Assembly (NCBI GenBank): GCA_024345855.1
Contig: JAGQBX010000008.1
Location: 12,181 to 36,180, forward strand
Direction of reading: 5' to 3'
DNA: 24,000 nucleotides
Source of the DNA: Synechococcus sp. GreenBA-s
Lineage (GTDB): Bacteria; Cyanobacteriota; Cyanobacteriia; PCC-6307; Cyanobiaceae
The notes beneath the pieces are model-generated. The model saw only the letters and a list, made by a program, of their open reading frames with translations. It was not told the DNA's origin and searched no databases. Below are positions 1 to 7,261 of the stretch, piece after piece. The first letter of the stretch is position 1; each line of letters starts with the position of its first letter. Made by a program: the position numbers and the translations under genes.

Positions 1-2
1 GT

Positions 3-308
3 GGCGTGAGTGGCTACCCCCGTACCGCTGACGGGACCCTCTGGCAGGCTTCGCTCTGGGACATCAGCAGACTGTCCTGCTGCCTGGTGTTAGTCGGCGA
101 GTCCGCCCTGGATTAGGGCAGCCTGCTCCTGCTCACGCTGCATGAAAACGTGCATCTGACCAGCGTGGAGCTCTGCTGGCAGCAGAACTGCCAGGGCTAC
201 ACCAACTCCCTGGGCGTCAAGCTGGCAGGCGACGCGGAACTGCCCGAGGGGAGCTTCCTGACCTTCCACCTGGAACGCCACTGGGCCGAGACAGAGCCCA
301 GCCCGTAA
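3..308 (+). pseudogene. PilZ-like domain gene fragment; 5' end lies off-window and the frame is interrupted by an in-frame TAG at 114..116
   Basis: Frame +3 reads GVSGYPRTADGTLWQASLWDISRLSCCLVLVGESALD*GSLLLLTLHENVHLTSVELCWQQNCQGYTNSLGVKLAGDAELPEGSFLTFHLERHWAETEPSP, with stop TAA at 306..308. It is collinear with the PilZ-like CDSs at 21528..22004 and 22030..22464 (LWDVSESGICVAIRG / LWDLTHDGCCVVVDG). It is absent from the ORF track because of the window edge and the internal stop. Confidence 0.5.
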
Positions 309-337
309 GGGGGGCCGCCACCCGGCAGGATCCTCTG

Positions 338-937
338 ATGACCGAGTTTCCACCACCCCTGCCGCCGGCACTGGTGCAGCGCTACCGCCAGCTGTTCCGC
401 TTCTACGACCGCCAGGGCGACGGCGAACTCAACCTGGAGAGCGATTTCCAGCCCGCTGCCACCAGCCTGGCGGCCCGCTGGCAGGGGCGCACGGCCCCCT
501 TTCCCGATCTCTTCGGGTTGCTGATGGACACCTACCGCCACGAGCAGCAGCGCCGCGATGCCGATGGCAGCGGCGGCGTGGATGAGCAGGAGTTCGTGGC
601 CTCCCATGGGCGGGTGCTGGCGGCCTTCCAGCGCGTCCCCGATCAGGCCCGGGAGTTCATCGAGCGCGCTGCGGGAGGCTTCTTCGATGTGCTGGATCTC
701 GATGGCGACGGCTGCCTGCAGCTGGCGGATCTGGAGGCCTATGCCCTGGCCTACGCCAAGCCCACCGCCGGCATTGCCGCCAACCTCCGTCGCATGCTGG
801 ATGGGCTCAACCTGCCACTGGAGCAGCCCCGCGACCAGCTGCCCCGCGAGGTGTTTCTCACCCTGGTCGCCCAGTACTGGTTCGACCCCTCACCGGACGC
901 TCCCGGGCGCTGGCTGTTTCACCTGGATCCCGCCTGA
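338..937 (+). CDS. EF-hand calcium-binding protein (calerythrin / sarcoplasmic-Ca-binding-protein-like)
   Basis: ATG at 338, TGA at 935..937. Two canonical 12-residue EF loops (DADGSGGVDEQE, DLDGDGCLQLAD) plus one degenerate loop (DRQGDGELNLES). The C-terminal YWFDPSPDAPGRWLF resembles the tail of calerythrin/SCP-type proteins. Codon usage is GC3-rich. Confidence 0.8.
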   Translation: MTEFPPPLPPALVQRYRQLFRFYDRQGDGELNLESDFQPAATSLAARWQGRTAPFPDLFGLLMDTYRHEQQRRDADGSGGVDEQEFVASHGRVLAAFQRVPDQAREFIERAAGGFFDVLDLDGDGCLQLADLEAYALAYAKPTAGIAANLRRMLDGLNLPLEQPRDQLPREVFLTLVAQYWFDPSPDAPGRWLFHLDPA

Positions 938-939
938 CC

Positions 940-1695
940 ATGGCCCTACCGCTGCAGCCCCACCTGTTCGCCGAGGCCCAGCGCTCGGATCCCTTCAGCC
1001 GGGAGCCCGCCACGCCCTTTGCGGAGGCCCAGCGCCCCCACCTCGAGGCCGCCCTGCCGGCATTGCTGGAGCTGATCGAGAAGCCCGACCGCGTTCCCAG
1101 CGCGTTGGCGATCCTCAATACCAGCTATGCCAGCCCCCTGGCGGCGATGGCCCGTGATCGGCTCCGTGAGGATCCGGCCATCGCCGCCCTGGCCAGGGAG
1201 CGCTACTGGGGGTCCTGGCCGGGGGTGGAGGCCCTGGCCGCCATGCCGCCAGGCACCCTGGGGCACGCCTTCGCGGACCTGCTGCAGCAGGAGGGGCTGC
1301 AGCTGATCGACCGTCCGGAGGGCCTGGAGTCCCTCGCCGACGATGACCAGTACCTGCAGCTGCGGGCCCGCGCCTGCCACGACATCTGGCACCTGATCAC
1401 CGGCTTCCCCAACACCCTGCCCGGCGAGGTGGCCCTCAATGGCTTCGGGGCACGCCAGTTGCGCCAACCGGGCCCGGTGCTGCTGCTGGCCGCTGATCTG
1501 ATGGCCCGCTCCCATGCCACCGACACCGTGCCGGATCTGGCCGATGCCGTCTCCTTCGGGTTGCGGCTCGGCGGGGTCTGCGCGCCGCTGCTGGCCCAGC
1601 GCTGGGAAGAGGGCTGGACCCGTCCTCTCACGGAGTGGCGCCAGCAGCTAGGCATGGCCGAGGAACTCCGCCTGAGCCCCTTTGTCGCGTCCTGA
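940..1695 (+). CDS. Coq4-family-like protein
   Basis: ATG at 940 lies 2 nt after the upstream stop. ACHDIWHLITGFPNTLPGE fits the Coq4-family HDxxH-x(10-13)-E putative metal-ligand motif, and the length (~250 aa) fits the family. There is an internal near-duplication: FAEAQR occurs twice, encoded by the 12-nt exact repeat gaggcccagcgc at 973..984 and 1024..1035. Confidence 0.65.
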   Translation: MALPLQPHLFAEAQRSDPFSREPATPFAEAQRPHLEAALPALLELIEKPDRVPSALAILNTSYASPLAAMARDRLREDPAIAALARERYWGSWPGVEALAAMPPGTLGHAFADLLQQEGLQLIDRPEGLESLADDDQYLQLRARACHDIWHLITGFPNTLPGEVALNGFGARQLRQPGPVLLLAADLMARSHATDTVPDLADAVSFGLRLGGVCAPLLAQRWEEGWTRPLTEWRQQLGMAEELRLSPFVAS

Positions 1696-2899
1696 GCCCA
1701 TCGCCAGGCCGCCGGCCGGCGCGGAGGAACCCCAGGCGGTTCTGCCCTCCCTGGGCCTGATGGCCCTGGTGGTGGGGCTGAGTGTGGCCAATCCCTTCTA
1801 TGCCCAGGCCCTGCTGCCGGCGGTGGAGCGTGCCTTTGCGGTGTCTGCAGGCACCGTGCTGCTCGGCCCGATGGCCACCCAGCTGGGGATGGCGCTGGGG
1901 TTCCTGTTCCTGCTGCCCCTCGGCGACATCCGGGAACGCCGTCGCCTGCTCATGCTGCTGGCGCTCGGCATGGCGCTGGCCTGCACGGCCGTGGTTCTGG
2001 CTCCGTCGTTCCCCGTGGTGCTGGGCAGCTGGTTCCTGCTCGGGGTCGTCGCCCTGATCCCCTCCCTGCTGCCCCCGTTCCTCACGGCCTTCGTGCCACC
2101 GGCCCAACACGGCCGCATGCTGGGGATCGTGTTGAGCGGCCAGTTCAGCGGCATCCTGCTCTCGCGCAGTGTCAGCGGGCTGGCGGCCGAGCTGTGGGGC
2201 TGGCGTTCGATCTATGCCCTCTCCGCCGCGGCGATGCTGGCGGTCGCCCTGCTGTTTCGCAGCCGGCTGCCGCCCCTGGCTCCCGTCGAGGCGCGATCCT
2301 ATGGACGGTTGCTGGCCTCCCAGCTTCAGCTCTGGCGTCAGCATCCGCGGCTACGCCGCTCCTGTCTCACCCAGGCCCTGCTCTTCGGCAGCTTCATGGC
2401 CCTCTGGAGTGCTGTGGCCCTCCACCTGGCCGCGCCGCCCTGGCGCTTCGGCCCCGCCCTGATCGGCAGCTTCGGACTGGTGGGTCTCGTGAGCATCCTG
2501 GCGGCCCCTGGCATCGGCCGGCTGGTGGATCGCCTGGGGCCGGATCGGATCGTGGCGGCCGGTGCGGCCTGCACCGCCCTGGGGGTGCTGCTGCTCGGCC
2601 TGTGGCCCACCTCCCTGGTGGGCCTGGCCGTGGGCCTGATGGCGGTGGATCTGGGCGTGCAGGGCAGTTTCGTGGCCAATCAGGCCCGCATCTATGCCCT
2701 CGACCCTGCCGCCCGCAGCCGCATGAGCGGCCAGCTGTTTCTCACGGCCTACCTGGGGGCAGCCCTCTGCTCCGCCGCGATCGCGGGGCTCTGGAGCGGC
2801 TGGCAGTGGCCGGGCACCTGCGGGTTTGCCCTGGTGCTGGCCTGTATTGCGCTTGGGCTGGAGCGCACCACCTGGTGGCCGTCCCACCGCAGCGGCTGA
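1682..2899 (+). CDS. MFS transporter, substrate unknown
   Basis: About 12 hydrophobic segments. MFS motif-A-like loop LPLGDIRERRRLL after TM2. A TTG at 1682 overlaps the Coq4-like stop by 14 nt. The first ATG (1760) would truncate TM1, so the start is uncertain. Confidence 0.8.
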   Translation: MSRPEPIARPPAGAEEPQAVLPSLGLMALVVGLSVANPFYAQALLPAVERAFAVSAGTVLLGPMATQLGMALGFLFLLPLGDIRERRRLLMLLALGMALACTAVVLAPSFPVVLGSWFLLGVVALIPSLLPPFLTAFVPPAQHGRMLGIVLSGQFSGILLSRSVSGLAAELWGWRSIYALSAAAMLAVALLFRSRLPPLAPVEARSYGRLLASQLQLWRQHPRLRRSCLTQALLFGSFMALWSAVALHLAAPPWRFGPALIGSFGLVGLVSILAAPGIGRLVDRLGPDRIVAAGAACTALGVLLLGLWPTSLVGLAVGLMAVDLGVQGSFVANQARIYALDPAARSRMSGQLFLTAYLGAALCSAAIAGLWSGWQWPGTCGFALVLACIALGLERTTWWPSHRSG

Positions 2900-2939
2900 A
2901 CGGCAACGCGCGAAAGGCAATGTGCGAACGGCAACGGTG
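2898..2939. repeat. Three tandem 14-bp direct repeats (GAACGGCAACGCGC / GAAAGGCAATGTGC / GAACGGCAACGGTG)
   Basis: Read directly from the sequence. Copies start at 2898, 2912 and 2926, and copies 1 and 3 share 11 identical leading bases. The array begins inside the MFS stop codon and ends about 50 nt upstream of the merR-like ATG. Confidence 0.8.
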
Positions 2940-2992
2940 CCTAGGATGCAGTCTCCTGTAACTGAAGTGTCGTGGGTCTGACGGCCGTGGCC

Positions 2993-3388
2993 ATGAAGAT
3001 CGGCGAGGTCGCGGCGCGCTCTGGGCTGTCCGTCAAGACGATCCGCTTCTACTGCGATGAGGGGCTGATCCATCCGATCGAGCGCAGTGAGGGGGGCTAT
3101 CGCCTCTTTGACGCGACGGTGTTTGAGGAGCTCCACCTGATCCGCACCCTCAAGGCCATGGAGATCCCGCTCCAGGACATCGCGCAGATCCTGGAGGCCC
3201 GCCGCTCGGGAGTCTGCACCTGCGATTCGATCAAGGGCACGATCACCGCCAAGGCCGGAGAGATCGAGCAGAAGATCGCAGCCCTGCACAGCCTGCATGT
3301 GGAGCTGCACAACCTGCTGGAGCGCTGGCAGGACTGCGGAGGGATCAAGTCGGCCCCTGCAGCTGCCCCCCGTCTCACCACCCCTTGA
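2993..3388 (+). CDS. MerR-family transcriptional regulator with a candidate Cys metal(loid) site
   Basis: N-terminal HTH MKIGEVAARSGLSVKTIRFYCDEGLI followed by a long coiled-coil region. Cysteines at GVCTCDS and WQDCGG. The ORF opens at GTG 2972, but ATG 2993 gives the typical MerR N-terminus. Confidence 0.85.
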   Translation: MKIGEVAARSGLSVKTIRFYCDEGLIHPIERSEGGYRLFDATVFEELHLIRTLKAMEIPLQDIAQILEARRSGVCTCDSIKGTITAKAGEIEQKIAALHSLHVELHNLLERWQDCGGIKSAPAAAPRLTTP

Positions 3389-3450
3389 GGGGTTGCAACC
3401 CTGCCCCGAACGCATCCTGGGCTACAGGGGCTGGTCAGCAGAATGGCTCG

Positions 3451-4173
3451 ATGAGCCAGACACCGCCTGAGCCCCTTGCCCGCCTGCTGGTGGTGGAGGA
3501 CGACGACACGATCCGCGAGACGGTGAGTGAGGCCATGGAGCTCGAGGGCTTTGCGGTGAGCGCCGCCGCCAATGGCCAGAGCGCCTGGGAGCTGCTCAGC
3601 CGTGAGCCCTTTGACCTGCTGCTGCTCGATCTGATGCTGCCCGGCCTGCACGGCCTCGACCTCTGTCGCCGCCTGCGCCAGAACCCGGGTGGCCCGATGA
3701 TCCTGGTGGTCAGCGCCCGTGACACCGAAACCGACCGCGTCCTCGGCCTGGAGGTGGGCGCCGACGACTACCTGGTCAAGCCGTTCGGCATGCGGGAGCT
3801 CGTGGCCCGCTGCCGGGCCCTGCTGCGCCGCAGCCGTCAGCAGGACGTGGCCCCACTGGATGCACCGCGGCGACCGGAGCGGATCCGCAGCGGCAACCTC
3901 GAGCTGTTTCCCGGCGAATGCCGCGCCAGCCGCGGGGGCCAGGAGCTGAAGCTCTCCCCCAAGGAGTTCAAGCTGCTCGAGCTGTTCATGCTGCACCCCC
4001 GGCGCGTCTGGAGCCGGGAGCAGCTGATCGAGCGGGTCTGGGGGGTCGACTACATCGGCGACAGCAAGACCGTGGATGTCCACATCCGCTGGCTGCGCGA
4101 AAAGATCGAGGACGAACCCTCCAGCCCCACGCGGCTGGTGACCGTGCGGGGCTTCGGCTACCGCTTCGGCTGA
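3451..4173 (+). CDS. phoB: OmpR/PhoB-family response regulator, probable phosphate regulon PhoB (SphR)
   Basis: Receiver domain (LLVVEDDD, LLLLDLMLPG, DDYLVKPF) plus a winged-helix output domain (VDVHIRWLREKIE, TVRGFGYRF). The kinase gene follows 4 nt downstream, and pstS and a ptrA-like gene are adjacent. ATG 3451 was chosen over the upstream GTG 3385. Confidence 0.8.
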   Translation: MSQTPPEPLARLLVVEDDDTIRETVSEAMELEGFAVSAAANGQSAWELLSREPFDLLLLDLMLPGLHGLDLCRRLRQNPGGPMILVVSARDTETDRVLGLEVGADDYLVKPFGMRELVARCRALLRRSRQQDVAPLDAPRRPERIRSGNLELFPGECRASRGGQELKLSPKEFKLLELFMLHPRRVWSREQLIERVWGVDYIGDSKTVDVHIRWLREKIEDEPSSPTRLVTVRGFGYRFG

Positions 4174-4177
4174 GGCC

Positions 4178-5332
4178 ATGGACAGCCGTTCTGCCCTCAG
4201 CCTGGTGCTGCCCCTGGCCGTGGGCCTCTCGATCGGCTGGCAGGCCCGGGGCCGACGCGAACGCCTGAAGGCGTGGCGGCGGCGTCGCCCCCAGCCGGGC
4301 GCGCCGAGGGAGGTGTCCGATCAGCAGCTGCGCGACTGGATCGAGGCCATGCCCCAGGGCTGGCTCGCCATCGCCCCCGACCAGAGCATCGCCAGCCTCA
4401 ATCCTTGCGCCGAACGATTGCTGGGCTGCGTGCGGGGGACGGCGTTGCTGGGGCAACCCATCACCGCCCTGGAGCCGAGCGATGAGGTGCTGCATCTGAT
4501 CCAGCTGGCGCGGGAGAAGGGAGCCCCCCAGCGCGGCAGCTGGCCGGTGCTCAGCGGCACCCTCAACTTCCTCGTGCTGCCGGGCCTCGATGGCTGGGTG
4601 GGACTGCTCATGCAGGGCCGCAATCCCCTTCAGGCCCAGCTCGAGCACCAGGAGGGCTGGGTGAGTGACGTGGCCCACGAACTCAAGACGCCGATCACCG
4701 CCTTGATGCTGGTGAGCGACAGCCTGGCGGAACGGGTGGACGGGCACCAGACGGTGCTGGTGGGACGCCTGCAGAAGGAACTGCGCCGGCTGCAGCAGCT
4801 GGTGAGCGATCTGCTGGATCTCTCACGCCTGGAGAACACCCCCCTGGCCGAAGCCAGCCCTGGCGGCGTGGATCCCCACGCGGTGCTCGCCGCCGTCTGG
4901 GCCACCCTGCAGCCGCTGGCCAGCAGCCGGGGCATCCATCTACGGATGATCCATGGCGCCGAGGCCCCCTGCCTGGCGGCCGTCAACCCGGCACGGCTGC
5001 ATCAGGCCCTGGTGAACCTGCTCGACAACGCCCTGCGCTACAGCCCCGATGGCGGCGAGATCGGCGTGGAGATCCGCCGGCGTGATCGCTGGTGCGTGAT
5101 CAACGTGCACGACCAGGGACCGGGCCTGAGCGAGGAGGACCTGGAACGCCTGTTCCAGCGCTTTTACCGCGGCGATCCCTCCCGGTTCAAGGGGCCCAGC
5201 ACCGGCAGCGGCCTGGGCCTCTCGATCGTGCAGCAGATCGCCCTCTCCCATGGCGGGCTGGTGCGGGCCGAGAACCACCCCGAGGGGGGGGCGGTTCTGG
5301 AACTGCTGCTGCCACGAGCCAGTGCGGCCTAG
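4178..5332 (+). CDS. phoR: Sensor histidine kinase, probable PhoR (SphS)
   Basis: One N-terminal TM segment. H-box SDVAHELKTPITAL, N-box LLDNALRYS, G1 box HDQGPGL, G2 box GSGLGLSIV. Directly coupled to phoB. Confidence 0.8.
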   Translation: MDSRSALSLVLPLAVGLSIGWQARGRRERLKAWRRRRPQPGAPREVSDQQLRDWIEAMPQGWLAIAPDQSIASLNPCAERLLGCVRGTALLGQPITALEPSDEVLHLIQLAREKGAPQRGSWPVLSGTLNFLVLPGLDGWVGLLMQGRNPLQAQLEHQEGWVSDVAHELKTPITALMLVSDSLAERVDGHQTVLVGRLQKELRRLQQLVSDLLDLSRLENTPLAEASPGGVDPHAVLAAVWATLQPLASSRGIHLRMIHGAEAPCLAAVNPARLHQALVNLLDNALRYSPDGGEIGVEIRRRDRWCVINVHDQGPGLSEEDLERLFQRFYRGDPSRFKGPSTGSGLGLSIVQQIALSHGGLVRAENHPEGGAVLELLLPRASAA

Positions 5333-5949
5333 CCGCGGGGCAGGTGGCTCACCACCAGCTGGCGCTGGCCGTCGAGCTGCAACCAGCCCTCCTCCCGAAG
5401 CATCCCCAGCACCCGGGTCACGGTCACCCGGGTGGTGCTCAGGGCAGCGGCGATGTCCTGGTGGGTGAGGCGCAGGTTGAGGCGCAGGCCCTGCTCACAG
5501 GGCTGGCCATACTCCTGGGCCAGCAGCTCCAGGAAGCCCCGCACCCGCTCCTCCACCCGGCGCAGACCCAGCAGCGCAATCAGCGCCTCCGACTGACGCA
5601 TGCGGCTGGCCATCGCCGTGACCAGGCTGCGGGCGATGTGGGGGGTCTCATCCACCTCATCGAGGGGAATGCAGAGCAGGTCGCTGTCGCAGAGGGTGGT
5701 GGCCTCGTAGAGATCGAGGTTGGTGAGGGGTGCTCCGAAGGGTTCGTTGGGTCCGGCCAGCCCCAGCACCAGGTCGTCGCCCTGCTCGGTGATGCAGCTC
5801 AGCTTCACCATGCCGCGTGACACCAGCCAGAGGCTGTTGCGCAGCAGCGGCACCCGGCTGCCGGCGCTGAGGTGCACGAGGTCACGGCGTTGGTAGGTGT
5901 CTTCCAAGGCACTGCGAAAACCCTGCTGACCACTGGAGGCGTAGACCAT
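5329..5949 (-). CDS. ptrA: Crp/Fnr-family transcriptional regulator, PtrA-like
   Basis: cNMP-binding-like N-terminal fold and C-terminal HTH (TTRVTVTRVLGMLREEGWL). Located between phoBR and pstS, as for the phosphate-stress regulator PtrA of marine picocyanobacteria. The symbol is inferred from context. Confidence 0.65.
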   Translation of the reverse strand: MVYASSGQQGFRSALEDTYQRRDLVHLSAGSRVPLLRNSLWLVSRGMVKLSCITEQGDDLVLGLAGPNEPFGAPLTNLDLYEATTLCDSDLLCIPLDEVDETPHIARSLVTAMASRMRQSEALIALLGLRRVEERVRGFLELLAQEYGQPCEQGLRLNLRLTHQDIAAALSTTRVTVTRVLGMLREEGWLQLDGQRQLVVSHLPRG

Positions 5950-6013
5950 GGACCCACTGTGCGGTGGAGTTCACGCCACTGTATGGAGCATCACTGCTGG
6001 CTGAGCAAAGCCG

Positions 6014-6043
6014 GGGTAATGGCCTGGTTAAGGGTGGATTAGC
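6014..6043 (-). promoter_or_regulatory. Putative Pho box upstream of ptrA: three 8-mers phased at 11 bp
   Basis: The minus strand reads GCTAATCC-acc-CTTAACCA-ggc-CATTACCC. The central repeat is a perfect match to the cyanobacterial Pho-box unit PyTTAAPyPy(T/A). The array ends about 64 nt upstream of the ptrA ATG. Confidence 0.4.
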
Positions 6044-6122
6044 CCTTGCCGATGTCGTCCTTTCGGTTCGGCTGTCGTCGCTTCGGCGCCGGGTCCTTGT
6101 GGATTCCGGCCCCCCCATCCAC

Positions 6123-6144
6123 AAAAAAGGGGGCCGAAGCCCCC
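6123..6144 (-). terminator. Rho-independent terminator downstream of pstS
   Basis: The minus strand reads GGGGGC-TTCG-GCCCCC followed by TTTTTT (plus-strand A-run 6123..6128). The stem is a perfect 6-bp GC stem with a UUCG tetraloop. It lies 44 nt after the pstS stop. Confidence 0.8.
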
Positions 6145-6187
6145 GGGTGTGAAGAACTGGAGACGAGTCGCAGCGATCGGCGCCGGA

Positions 6188-7168
6188 TCAGGAGCCGATC
6201 TTGCCCACGGCAGCCTTGGCCTTCTTGAGGATGTCGCCGCGCAGGGGCACGTAGCCGAGGTTGTCGGCCAGACCCTGGGCCTTGTTGCTCAGCATGTAGC
6301 TGAAGGCCTCGCGCAGTTCACCGGCCTTGGCGCCGTTGCCCTTCTGGTAGGCGAGGATCCAGGTGAGGGTGGTGATGGGGTAGCTGTCGGCGCCGGCGGG
6401 GTTCGGATCCTCACCGGCCAGTTGCGCATTCAGGCGGATGTTGTTCAGCGCGGCCGAGCCGCTCTTGAAGCCGGGCTTCACGAACTGGCCGTCCTTGTTC
6501 TGCAGGGCCGCCGCCTTGAGGGGGCCTTTCACGAACGCCTGGTTCACGTAGCCGATCGAGCCGGGGGTATTGGTGAGGATGCCGGAGACGCCCTCGTTGC
6601 CCTTACCGCCCACGCCCACGGGCCACTTGACGCTCTTGCCCTCACCCACCTTGCTCTTCCAGGCAGGCGAGAAGGACGAGAGGGAGTTGGTGAAGGCGAA
6701 GGTGGTGCCGGAGCCGTCCGAACGGTGGGCCACGGAGATCTTGCCCTTACCGCACTTGAGCTGGCTCCAGTCGTTGATGGTGCCGAGGAAGATCTCGGCG
6801 GCCTGCTTCTGGGTCAGCTTGAGGTCACAGCCGGGCTTGTTGTAGGCGATGGCGATGGTGCCGCCCACGGCCGGGAACTGGACCACGCCGCGGCTCACCT
6901 TGGCGGCTTCGGAATCCTTGATCGGCTCGTCGGTGGCGCCGAAATCCACGGTGCCGGCGATGTACTGGCGCACACCGGCGCCGGAACCCACGGACTGGTA
7001 GTTGACCTTGGCACCACCACTAGCGGCCAGATCCTGGAACCAGCGCTGGTAGATGGGGGCGGGGAAGGTGGCGCCGGCGCCGTTGAGGGCAGGACCGGCC
7101 GATGCGACCGTCCCCAGGCTCAGGACGGCCAGGGCGGAACCGGTCAGGGCCTTCGCAGCGAAGGTCAT
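6188..7168 (-). CDS. pstS: Phosphate ABC transporter substrate-binding protein PstS
   Basis: Signal peptide MTFAAKALTGSALAVLSLGTVASA. Hallmark segments GAGATFPAPIYQRW, SVGSGAG, RSDGSGTT. No pstCAB genes are adjacent, which is the common orphan arrangement in picocyanobacteria. Confidence 0.95.
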   Translation of the reverse strand: MTFAAKALTGSALAVLSLGTVASAGPALNGAGATFPAPIYQRWFQDLAASGGAKVNYQSVGSGAGVRQYIAGTVDFGATDEPIKDSEAAKVSRGVVQFPAVGGTIAIAYNKPGCDLKLTQKQAAEIFLGTINDWSQLKCGKGKISVAHRSDGSGTTFAFTNSLSSFSPAWKSKVGEGKSVKWPVGVGGKGNEGVSGILTNTPGSIGYVNQAFVKGPLKAAALQNKDGQFVKPGFKSGSAALNNIRLNAQLAGEDPNPAGADSYPITTLTWILAYQKGNGAKAGELREAFSYMLSNKAQGLADNLGYVPLRGDILKKAKAAVGKIGS

Positions 7169-7220
7169 GGAGCCAGAAATCTGGGTGCCTTCAACGTCTA
7201 ATCAACTGAGGAACCCGCCG

Positions 7221-7261
7221 TCGTTATGGTTTCGTTAAGAAGCCCTCAAGGCCGGGTTAGC
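7221..7261 (-). promoter_or_regulatory. Putative Pho box upstream of pstS: four 8-mers phased at 11 bp
   Basis: The minus strand reads GCTAACCC-ggc-CTTGAGGG-ctt-CTTAACGA-aac-CATAACGA. The repeats resemble those upstream of ptrA (GCTAATCC / CTTAACCA / CATTACCC). The array ends about 52 nt upstream of the pstS ATG. Confidence 0.5.

Noticed and set aside
3390-3401. Perfect palindrome GGGTTGCAACCC after the merR-like stop, considered as a terminator
   Set aside because: It would form only a 4-bp stem with a tetraloop and has no U-tract. It is retained only as a possible protein-binding site, noted under the MerR finding.
6149-7201. 350-aa plus-strand ORF covering the pstS locus
   Set aside because: It is antisense to an unmistakable pstS. 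The translation is low-complexity and G/A/V/L/R-rich with no motifs, which is a typical shadow ORF in GC3-saturated DNA.
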